A stretch of 64,000 nucleotides of DNA from Trypethelium eluteriae (taxonomy: Eukaryota). The position numbers and the translations under genes are program-made. This document shows positions 38,700 to 48,565 of this stretch, piece after piece. The notes under the pieces are model-generated. The model was not told where the DNA came from and made no database searches. It saw only the letters and a list, made by a program, of their open reading frames with translations. Within the stretch, counting starts at the first letter, position 1. Each line of letters opens with the position of its first letter. The DNA is taken from contig JAVECL010000062.1 in NCBI GenBank assembly GCA_051942245.1, positions 1 through 64,000 of the forward strand, given 5' to 3'.

Positions 38700-40244
38700 A
38701 TGCCTTCCACTACTATTCTCAAATCGGCTCTCGCGGCTCTGGGAGTCGCTCAGCTGGCTGCTGGACATACTTTGTTTACGAACTTTTACCTCGATGGCGT
38801 AGACCAAGGCAATGCAACATGCGTTCGCATGCCTATGGTTCCCAACAATGCTACATTTCCAATCAACAATCTCTTAGGCAATGAGATGGCCTGTGGATAT
38901 AACGGAGAGGATGGTGTCGCCCAAGTCTGCCCTGCCAATGCGGGCTCTACCATCACTTTCGAATACCGCGCAATTCCGGATGACAGCTCCGCTGAGAGCA
39001 TCGACATATCACATAAAGGACCGTGTGCTGTCTACTTGAAGAAAGTCGTTTCCGCTATCAACGATACGGGCGTCGGCGACGGCTGGTTCAAGATTTGGGA
39101 TGATGGCTACGACGAGACCGCTGGAAAATGGTGTACCGAGAAGCTTCGTGACAACGCTGGCCATTTCTCCGTCCAACTACCCTCCTCTCTCGAAGGTGGC
39201 TACTACCTTGCACGGCCCGAACTCCTCGCCCTTCATCAAGCCGATAAGGTACCTTCGAACCCACAATTCTATGTCGGCTGTGCCCAACTCTTCGTCAACT
39301 CCACCGGCACCGGCAAGCCCACCTCCACCGTCTCCATCCCTTCCTATATCCAGCCCATGTCACCCCCCGTCCACTTCGACATCTGGACCACACCACTCGC
39401 CCTCCCATATCCGCTGCCCGGCCCCGCCATCGCCAACATCTCCACGCTATCCACCTCCGACTCTAAAGACGCCAAAGCCCAACAGCAGCAACTACAGCAG
39501 TCCGAAGGCCTCCCTCCACCCTCCACCATCCTCATCGCCGCAAACTGGTTCGGCACCGAGCTCCCGCCCTACACCACCCTCTCAGGCTGCTATAACGCCT
39601 CCGCCGCCTGCTGGGCCCAAGCGCGATCCTGCTACGCCGCCGCGCCGCCAACCGGCTCCTTCGGCTGCCGCATCTGGGAGGCGCGCTGCGACGCCATCCA
39701 GGCGCAGTGTCAGAGCGCCGGTGCCGCCGCCGACGCAACGCTGCAGGGCCCCCCGGGGTATGGGCGGGATCTGACGCCTGAGCCGAAGACGCTGAGTCCG
39801 TCGCCGAGTCCGAGTCCGATGGGGGTGGTGCTGCTGGGGAAGGGCAATGTGGAGGGGAGTGAGGTGGATACGGGCGAGTTGAGTCGGAGTGCGAGTGCGG
39901 TGTGGGCGAAGATTAGTGGGACGGTGGGGGCGTCTGCACCGACGGGTTCGGATTGGTCGTCGGCTGTGTCCGGTCCTGCTGCTGCTGCTCCGTCGTCATC
40001 GGCGGCGGCAGCGGCTGGTGGGTCGAAGGTCTCCCTGGATGGAGCTTGTGGCGGGAATGCGGGACAGACTTGTCAGGGGTCGATAATGGGCAATTGCTGC
40101 TCTGCTCATGGGTACTGTGGGAGTTCAGGAGATTATTGTGGGAATGGATGTCAGGCGGGATTTGGGACTTGTGGTAATACTGCAAGTATGAACCTGAATA
40201 TGGCGAGGAAGCATCGTGCAAGACGTGCACGGAAACATTTGTAG
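38700..40244 (+). CDS. AA9 (GH61) lytic polysaccharide monooxygenase with Cys-rich module and C-terminal CBM18
   Basis: ATG at 38700; signal peptide ends AAG before His1. Also SHKGP, GWFKI, RPELLALH, PQFYVGCAQ, and hevein-like CG...C...CCSAHGYCGSSGDYCGNGCQAGFGTC. Confidence 0.92.
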   Translation: MPSTTILKSALAALGVAQLAAGHTLFTNFYLDGVDQGNATCVRMPMVPNNATFPINNLLGNEMACGYNGEDGVAQVCPANAGSTITFEYRAIPDDSSAESIDISHKGPCAVYLKKVVSAINDTGVGDGWFKIWDDGYDETAGKWCTEKLRDNAGHFSVQLPSSLEGGYYLARPELLALHQADKVPSNPQFYVGCAQLFVNSTGTGKPTSTVSIPSYIQPMSPPVHFDIWTTPLALPYPLPGPAIANISTLSTSDSKDAKAQQQQLQQSEGLPPPSTILIAANWFGTELPPYTTLSGCYNASAACWAQARSCYAAAPPTGSFGCRIWEARCDAIQAQCQSAGAAADATLQGPPGYGRDLTPEPKTLSPSPSPSPMGVVLLGKGNVEGSEVDTGELSRSASAVWAKISGTVGASAPTGSDWSSAVSGPAAAAPSSSAAAAAGGSKVSLDGACGGNAGQTCQGSIMGNCCSAHGYCGSSGDYCGNGCQAGFGTCGNTASMNLNMARKHRARRARKHL

Positions 40245-41322
40245 AGCGACTGTGACGAGATAATTTGGAGTCATTGGCGCGAGGACGTGTTAGACATTGC
40301 TTTGGCGATGGTCGTCCTGCAGAACTGGGTAATTGCTTCCGCATACCATTACTCAAACGTGAACAAGTATGAGATGACATTAGTAAACTTTTTGCTGTTC
40401 ATGTGCAAAGCCGTAATAAATGGCACTTCTAAGCTACACTTAGCTCAACCTAGATACCTACATATACCGAGAATCAACTTTCAACACCTTTAAGGTATCT
40501 CCTCTCTTCGTTTCGAATTCTGTATTGGGTAGGAACCCAATGCCTTGTTTGCTCTCTTGACGTTCCACCTCTCGCTTCACATCGTCCCAGATAAATTATC
40601 AGGGGGGAAACCCAGTCCTTTTTTGGACATTCGGCATGGGCATGGGGATGGCATAGGGCTTCAGCTTCCTCAAATGTAGTAGTGACAGGTCAGACAGGTT
40701 TTAAATAGCGTTCAAAGCTCTACCAGCAGTCGGCTGGCTCGTGGTTGCAAGTAGAATGTCAATGTTTCAAGCTGGGGCTATCTTTCTACAGCAATGAACT
40801 TAAAATTGACGGACCCATTTCACAACTTCACATATGTCGATGACAGGTCCTATTGAAGGATGGCAAGAGTGGCGGCAGGTGACAGTTGCTTGCAGGCGGA
40901 ATAATACCGTCAGTTCTGCATTGCCCGGATACGCCTGGGATGCAAGGAGAAGTTACACCCGCGATGGCGAAAACAAGTAGATTCACGCTCTCTCACACAG
41001 TCCAGAACGCACCAAACCAGTAGATGAGTTGTATGCTACGAGATATTGCTTCGAAAATTGAGGTAGAGAAAGGTTTACTACCTGCAAACTACTCTACTGA
41101 ATCGTGGGATCCGAAGATATAGGGTAGTGAGGTTTGCCATCCAGGATGTGTGCTTCGAGTTTCGAATCTTCAACTTCAGAACTACCTTAAAGGCCCGTGT
41201 AAGTAAGAGACGGGCTGAGGGTTCATTTGAAAAATCATCTAATATGGGCCAAATTTCAAGACTTGGGGAAATCATCGAACCATGCCAAGTGATCCATTCC
41301 AGCACCACGTATCCTCACGGCC

Positions 41323-42018
41323 TTAGGCGTTCCTCCCATACCCTCCCTGTATCTCTTTCCACCAAGAAGAATCCTGTAACTCATTGAAAAATTGACACCC
41401 CCGTTTGAATTCATCCATCGACCAAGTGCTGGCAAGACCTCTTAATAACCAACGTGGGCTATCGGGGCTCATCTCGATTGTCATCATGAAATGGAACAAC
41501 ACATGCATGGCATGATCGAACTCGTCTTTCGTAAAGTAGCCGAGGAGCCAGGAGCAGCTCTCGCTGGGGCGGGCTAGGTGCCAAAGGATTATAGCCAAAT
41601 GGGCTATGCAGTAATCAGGTTTGTAGAAGCCCTTCGGCATCCGGGGCCCATAATAAGGAAATGTTCCGTTTAGAAACATGACCGCTAAGTCCGCATTGTG
41701 GTCGTTGAACAGTACACGCTTGAGGTAAGAAACAGTGACTTCGTAGGTGTTCTCAGTTGTCGGAGCGGTTGACATGGTGGTTGATCCTTCCTGCCTGCGT
41801 AGCAATTCCAGCCTGCCTTCCTCTTCTGCCACAATTCTTGCAGTAGAATAAAAATGAATATGCTTTGGTAGGACAATATCTGCAATAATGCGAGAGTTGT
41901 CTTGCCAGATCGCTTGAAATTTAGTGCAGGCCATGGAAAGGTTGATCACGTCTCGGATATGGTCTAGCTGTTTGAAGATCTCAACGACGATCTCAGCTGG
42001 GAAATACCCCGGGGCCAT
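41323..42018 (-). CDS. F-box domain protein, probably lineage-specific
   Basis: N-terminal FPAEIVVEIFKQLDHIRDVINLSMACTKFQAIW fits the F-box pattern; the rest is unrecognised. Confidence 0.7.
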   Translation of the reverse strand: MAPGYFPAEIVVEIFKQLDHIRDVINLSMACTKFQAIWQDNSRIIADIVLPKHIHFYSTARIVAEEEGRLELLRRQEGSTTMSTAPTTENTYEVTVSYLKRVLFNDHNADLAVMFLNGTFPYYGPRMPKGFYKPDYCIAHLAIILWHLARPSESCSWLLGYFTKDEFDHAMHVLFHFMMTIEMSPDSPRWLLRGLASTWSMDEFKRGCQFFNELQDSSWWKEIQGGYGRNA

Positions 42019-42723
42019 GCTGAAGAGAGATCAGTTAGGAGAAGCTCAGCAAAAAGATCTTCGCAGGGTAGCTAAGCAGTGGGAACGCAATAGAGTATCT
42101 GGGAGTAGTGGTGGAGTTTCGAGTGAGGAGATAGGCTGAGACGGTTTTTATATCTGAAGAGCACCTACCTACCTACCTCCTAGGGCCCCTCAGGGTACAT
42201 GACCCGTGAGGCAGATGATCTGAGGTAGATCACAGCTATGAGCTCGAGTTGGGCCGGATTCTCACTTCAGATCTCACTTACCCAAGCATCACGGTTTCCC
42301 CTCTATCTCCTCCTGATGAGCGAGCCTTAAGGCATCCATGCAGCATAAGGTTTACTGGCGAAGATGGTCTTCAACTTGTAGGAGAGAGATTCTCTGTCTG
42401 GATAGGATCACTATCATCAAACTTCTGCGTCAAAGATCTCAACCCCAAACTCGGCCAGCCCTTTGCCAGATAACCCGACTATCTACAGAATGAGCTTTTG
42501 GCCGTTGTACGTACTATTCGCAGGGCGTAATTCTTCCATATGTTTCACACCTGCGAGGTTGAAGTAGACGCCATGCGCTTAATCTGATGCAAAATCGATA
42601 CCGCTTTCTAGGATCATCGTCAGCATCACCTCTTACGACCGTGTGAAGGATGCAGTGATGGATTGGTCGTTGGTGGGAGACGTCGCGTCAAGTGTCGCGT
42701 CGAGTATCCCAGCTTGGACATGC

Positions 42724-44619
42724 TTAAGCTCCAAAAGGCCATGGTGTTTGCCATAACTCTTCCTCCTGCTTAGTGCTAGCAAATTCCTTGATGACTTGGC
42801 TTTTCATCTGCCTTAACGCGTCTAAAGCCTCTCTGTATCGTTCTGGTCTCACTATTCCTTGCTCGGGAAACAATTCACCTATACTTCCTCTAATTGAGAG
42901 CATCATTTCCATACCCCGCTCCACATCCTCAACATTAGCCTCAATTTCTTGCCGCTCTTTCGTCGAGAACGCAAGTGGATAAGTCGAGCCCTCGGCTCTA
43001 GGAAGCGTGTCCCATACTGCCTCCAGTTCGATCACTTGTGAGAGGTAGGTTGCTTCGCTATCGCTGAGGAGGTTACGAGCAAGAAGCAGAAGTAAGTAGC
43101 TCGGGGTTCGCTGGAACTCGAGCGCAGCGTAAACTCGTGGTGTTCGATGGTGAATAAGGGTGTTGTATAGAGAGCAGAGTGATTGCTGAACGTATAAGGT
43201 CTCTGCCTGCTTCTTTGCGTTTGCGCCAAGTTTGTCCATATCATTTGGAGGCTGCGGTCGTTCCAGACCGTGGACAGGGGGGCCATCATAATCAATTACC
43301 TGAGGTTGACGAGCTTGGAAATAGAGAGGAGATGTTTCGGTTGATTGCCAATCAATAATACCCACAACTTCGGTGGGTTTGGAAGGGTTCACGAATATAT
43401 TAGCAACATGTAGGTCACCATGCCAGAGATGTGCGGATGAAACGGCTTCGTCTTTTGGGAGTAAGAACTTAATCAATGTAAGATAACAGCTCAACGCTCT
43501 CAGTTTCTTTTCTCTGGTCGGCTGGTAGGTTCCTGGACCGCACAGGGTTATTGGAGACTTGGGTAGGCGAGGAAGCTGGCTGACGCAGGCCATTTCTCGA
43601 TGCCCGATCGCAGCATGATATTTCTCTAAAGTGCGCCCTTGGATTTTTTAGTTAGAAGATCTTGCTGTAGGATTGCAAATCATACATGGTCCACTGTCAA
43701 AGCTAATGTTCGCTCTTCCATTGTCCATTAATTCGCGTCCTGTAGATGGGCCCATGGCGAATTTCTTATCTGTGATATTGATTCCATTTGCATCGACGTA
43801 CAAAGGCTCATTCTCGGCTGCTTCATCCAGATCCTTTGCGTAGTAAAGACTTCCAAATTTCTTGAAGGAAATCGAGGCCCAGGCGTTCTGGTAACCAGCA
43901 ATGTTCTTGACAAGAACGAGTTTGTCTTTGATACTCATAGTTGGCCAAAACCGTTCAAGCTCGATTCCCGGAGCTCGCTCCATGATAATATATTCTGCAC
44001 CAATAGGATTCTCTTGGGCTTTGGAACTCCAAGCTAAGACTCTGGGGATAGGAGTTTCTAGAATATTTCGTGCCTGCGAAGTGTCAATCATGTCCCCAGA
44101 CGCAACGACTCTGGCACGACATACGAAATCCATTGTCGCAACCTCACTCGCGGTGGTAAAATGGGGCATGCCGGCATTTGGATTCGGAATTTTAGCCACA
44201 ACCTGAGAGCCATCATCCATGGTGAGGAGCATACTCTTGTTGTACATGCCGTCAGGGTACTTTTCAATGCGAATGCATGATTTCACTCCGAGGACTTCGG
44301 CGGCTCGACGGCCTAGCTCATTGACGTTAAAGCGAACTCGGCGTTATGACATCTCATTTGCCTCATCTGTGATGAAGCGCCCTCGAGTATAATTGAAGAG
44401 TTCATCGCCATGCTCTAAATCTGACTAGATGAGTCACGTGACCGACAATTTTCTGTAGGTAGGAAATAATGTACCAGGAAGCAGCGCTTGTGGTGCTGGC
44501 TCAAGAGAGTGCATGCTTTGGGTCGCCATGATTATAATCCTTGAAACAAGTCGGTGGCGGGCGTATCTGATGGGAAAGAATTGCCATATGCATAATGCTC
44601 CACACATATTTGCAGACAT
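42724..44619 (-). pseudogene. APH/choline-kinase-like phosphotransferase (AIM9-like family) with a premature stop
   Basis: LFNYTRGRF, VVAKIPNPNAG, TASEVATMDF, GAEYIIME, LWHGDLHVANIFV, IIDWQ. In-frame TAA at 44344-44346 (EMS*RRVRFNV). Start codon uncertain (44619 or 44529). Confidence 0.8.
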
Positions 44620-44982
44620 AGGTCTGACATAAATGGAAATGCAGATTGGGCTGCGCTGAATTTGTGGGTCAACAGTAGCTGATCGTATGTCAGTGAATGA
44701 AGGTCTAAGTCAGGTTAGGGGGTCCGTAGATATCGCTCTGTCTACCTAGGTAGGGAGACTAGAATGTATATGGTAGCATGTACCATGGGACTCAATCCCA
44801 CCCGAACCTCCCCCGCAAGCATAGCTTGACACAGCAAGGCGCATGTCGCGGAAGACGTCCTACCTTATGATAATTAGAGACTTTACCTTCTCGTGAAGGA
44901 CTTGTCACGAAACAGGATAGGTGCATCATGTGCCCCAAGCGTCCTACCCTTCTCGCTTTACCTTCCAGTTCCAGTGCTTCCA

Positions 44983-45034
44983 TACCTTGCTGCGGTCTCG
45001 GGGGGCGGGGGGAATCTCCTCAACCGGTAAGGTA
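44983..45034. mobile_element. 52-bp remnant of the palindromic MITE family
   Basis: TACCTTGCTGCGG...GGGGGG..TCTCCTCAACCGGTAAGGTA matches the MITE left arm and ends with the right-terminus sequence. Confidence 0.5.
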
Positions 45035-45749
45035 CACTACACTGTTAAAAGCCCATGTCTGCTCTCTTTGTCCACTTAGCTTCCTAGGTAGCTACTCCGT
45101 ACTGTGTTACCAATCAGACTCTCATATGTGTAACAATCTGGCGCCTATTAGCGCGCGGTATCGTACTCTCATCACTTGGGGGCCGTCGTCCACTATCATC
45201 CAGCGAAATCGTCGGCATGTTGCTGATTGAAAGCGTATAGTGCGAATCATGTCCAAAACCTACAGATTGCAATGCTTGCAGTCATGCTGCATGTTTTTCA
45301 AAGGCTTTAACCGGTATGTCTGCTGTTTCTGCGTCTACAGGGTCGGTTCCTACCCAATACAGAAGCCGAAACGGAAAGAGGTCACCTTTAAAAGGACTCC
45401 AAGACCGCCTCCGTATTCTCTGCAACATACGATCCCCAGCTGTTCCAAAATCAATTGCCGATAAAACGCATAAGCCTCTCTAGATATCCAATTGTCATCC
45501 TCTTGGCTGGTAAGTATCTTATGGTTGTTCACCAGGATTCCACTGTCATCTTTCTTACCAAGCCGACACAGTTATCATGGCGCGAGCATTCAAGTCGGCG
45601 CTTCAAGCTCTCGGATCTTGGGTCCTTTCAACAAAATCGCGTATGGAGAAGATGGCAAATGGGCAAGGAACACCAGGAACGAGAGCTGCCCCAACTCAGT
45701 TCGGCAATAACGATCGGAAAATCGGTTCGCGCTTAGACAATGGCGAAAC

Positions 45750-45934
45750 TACCTTGCGGCGGCTGGGGGGTGCCTCAACTGGTAATTAATAAAATGTTAT
45801 TTCGACTTTACTGTTATGACCTTGTTGGTCCCTGTTAACACCGCCTTAACATAGGTCAACATGGTCACAACAGTTATACTGAGGTAATATTGTATTAATT
45901 ACCAGTTGAGGAACCCCCCAGCCGCCGTAAGGTA
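45750..45934. mobile_element. Palindromic MITE, copy 1 (TA-flanked)
   Basis: TA-CCTTGCGGCGGCTGGGGGGTGCCTCAACTGGTAATTAAT...ATTAATTACCAGTTGAGGAACCCCCCAGCCGCCGTAAGG-TA. Near-full-length hairpin, non-coding, three related copies in the window. Confidence 0.85.
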
Positions 45935-46074
45935 CCATACAATCATCGCTCGAAGAGCCGTTCACCTCTGCAAAATGCCGGGGAATTATAGCGTTAGAAC
46001 CTCGAATGGTAGTACTTTGGATGGCTTGTCCGATTTGTATAGACTTTATATGTACAAGTATACGATGTTTCCCA

Positions 46075-46876
46075 TTACTTGGTCCGAATGTTTTTCAACT
46101 TCTTTGGACTGTGTACAAATTGATTCGCATATGCCTTCGGAATAATTCTCCGTTCGTTGGGTTCCTGCACGTAGTATTCATAGCCTTGCTTTTCTGCAAA
46201 ATTGATGGCGTCTTCTTTGCTCTTGAAATTAAGATGTGTGCCCTGCATCGCATCCGCAGAAGATTGCCACCCCATGAGTGGATTCTCCCATCGGTGTCCT
46301 TTGCCAAGAACATCCCAATCCATACGCCAGTGGTGAGAGTGCCAATCTCCTGATTGAGTAGCAGTCTTGGTAGGCTTGAAGATTCTAGAGAACGCAAGGT
46401 GAGCATAAGCCTTGTGTTGAGGCATGAGCTAAGTAGGATACTCACCTGACAGTCCGCGCTTGGAGATCTGTTGGAGCACCAGAGAGCACAGCGGCAGGTA
46501 CAACATCTCCAGGTTCACTGCCGTCCATAACCCTCATTGGAATTGGCGAAAATGCTCTACACTGATTTAGCCTCGCTCTTGCCGGTTGCCTTAATTATTT
46601 TGCGTCATACGATGTCCTGTAATCCACCGCAACATTGTAGTCTGGAGTATGCCGTGGTTCGCCTTCTGAAGCACCTTGCTGTCTTATCATCGCAGACTCT
46701 CCAGCCTTTACAGCTGGAGCATCCTCTGAACTAGCTTTCGGTGGAGGTTGAACAGCCGGATCTCCTTCCGCTCTTTGGAGTGTTGTAGTCGAGAATGACC
46801 GGTGGCAGTTGACGGGAGTGTAGAGCTTGTTGGCTCTAAGGCCCCGAAGGACGATGGACCGAGGAATGCTTTGCAT
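46075..46876 (-). CDS. NDUFS4: NADH:ubiquinone oxidoreductase subunit NDUFS4 (fungal 21 kDa), 3 exons
   Basis: Mitochondrial presequence, VLSGAP..LQARTVRIFKPTKTATQSG, RWENPLMGWQSSAD, F.SKEDAI.FAEKQGY. Confidence 0.92.
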
Positions 46877-47137
46877 GCTTTTTGTGGAGAATACAGTTTG
46901 CGATTCGTGATACGGATGAGGTTGATTTCAATGGCTTGCTTCATGAAGTGGTCTGTGCACCCTGCCTCAAGAGTGCCATCACTTCGCCAGTTGTAGTCTT
47001 CTGAGACTGCCCGCTCAACACAACACCAACATTGAAACGGACTTTCGGCTGATACCAGTATGTTTGGACCTGCTGACCCTGACTCTTCGCCGAGCTAGAG
47101 ATAGGAGGAAATTCTGACAATGCCAATAGCGTCCAAG
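46877..47137. promoter_or_regulatory. Putative bidirectional promoter between NDUFS4 and ATP17
   Basis: 261 bp separate the divergent ATGs of two OXPHOS subunit genes. Confidence 0.6.
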
Positions 47138-47792
47138 ATGAGTTACATTGCCCGCCGGGCTCTCTCAACCCTTATTCCACCAAAGGTTCGTACATTGGCC
47201 TGCCCTGCTATTTTTCGGCAATTTCGCTGACTGAGACTAGATCGCTTCTCCTTCCGTAAGTTCCACGAGATCCCCCGGACGCTGTGGCTTCACGGCCTTT
47301 TCTCTCTCACCTCTCCCCTACCTTCCAGCTCTGGCTGTGATAGTGAATGACCGAAAGCGGATACCCATATATACCTGCAGGATCGGCGTAACCAATATTG
47401 TATACTGACTTCACTTTGTCAAGGCTATCGGAGGTGCTCAAGATGCTGTCCGCATGCAACGCGTTGTAAATTTCTATGAGAAACTTCCTCGTGGACCCGC
47501 ACCAAAACGCCAACCAAAGGGTCCGTTGGAATGGTATCAGCATCGGTATATGGGAGAGAATCCATCGGCAATGCGTAAGTCTTGGAACAGGACGCAAATA
47601 CTGGCGTTTCGGTACTCGGCGTTGTGCAGCTACTGATTTAACACAGCTCTCCTCCACCTCATTGGTGGCATCATACTGCTCGGATACTCATTCAACTACT
47701 ATTTCCACCTACGTGCGTGAAATTTATCTGTCTAACTGTCTGGCGTGTTTACTGACGGTAATATAGGACACCACAAGAACAATGCACACTAG
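47138..47792 (+). CDS. ATP17: Mitochondrial ATP synthase subunit f, 5 exons
   Basis: MSYIARRALSTLIPPK | IASPS | AIGGAQDAVRMQRVVNFYEKLPRGPAP...SAM | PLLHLIGGIILLGYSFNYYFHL | RHHKNNAH*. Confidence 0.92.
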
Positions 47793-48565
47793 AGTCGTGT
47801 GCTGAGTGATCTTCAGGCGTGTGGCTCTGGGTAGGACAGATACGTTGTAAATAGATCCAAGCAAGTCTTTGTTCGAGCCTTCTCTTGATGTTCGTCAAGA
47901 CGATAGCAATTCAATGCCGCTGTGCCCCACTGTTTCTGGTCATGATTGTGACGTGCTCGGGTGATCGCATGCTCCCAAATCGATTCTCCATATCTCAGCG
48001 ACTCAAATCAGGATGTTGGTGTAGTTGCGAGAATCCATGCCGATTGTGCTATTTGAGGCAGATCCTAGTCACACGCGCAAAAGACATAGCTGCTGTTATT
48101 AATATGTAGGTATCTACTTTATGGTGGCGATCGGGACCGCTCAGGTCATGAATTTGTAGTACTACCTACTCCGGACAGCTCCCTCGGGTCTTGGCGCTCT
48201 CCCGAAACGTCCAAGAGTCAACCGCACCCCGTCTCCTTTCACTACTTCTCTTCCCTCTTATCCACAGACCGCGCGTGGTCGAAATTCTTTTACCTCTTGC
48301 AGTTGCTTGAGGTCTACTCAGGCATCCCACCTTGATTCTTTGCTTGGCTATCACACTTCGCGAGCCGCGCTTGCCTGAGTCACGACCGGCCCGCCACGTA
48401 AACTGACGTATTGAAGCGATTTCCTCGCGCAACGAGGCCGACACCGCACTCTCAGACCGTGGCGCCTTCAAAACTTTGACACTAGGTACTGTGATTTCTC
48501 AACTTTACATCCACATAACAGCAAGCATCTGCACGGCTTCGTCCGGAGCCTGGCAGCTAGCCTAC

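Noticed and set aside
42162..42184. TACC/GGTA-rich short repeats and palindromes (also ~11604, 15605, 44742)
   Set aside because: Simple-sequence motifs common in fungal intergenic DNA; not the MITE.
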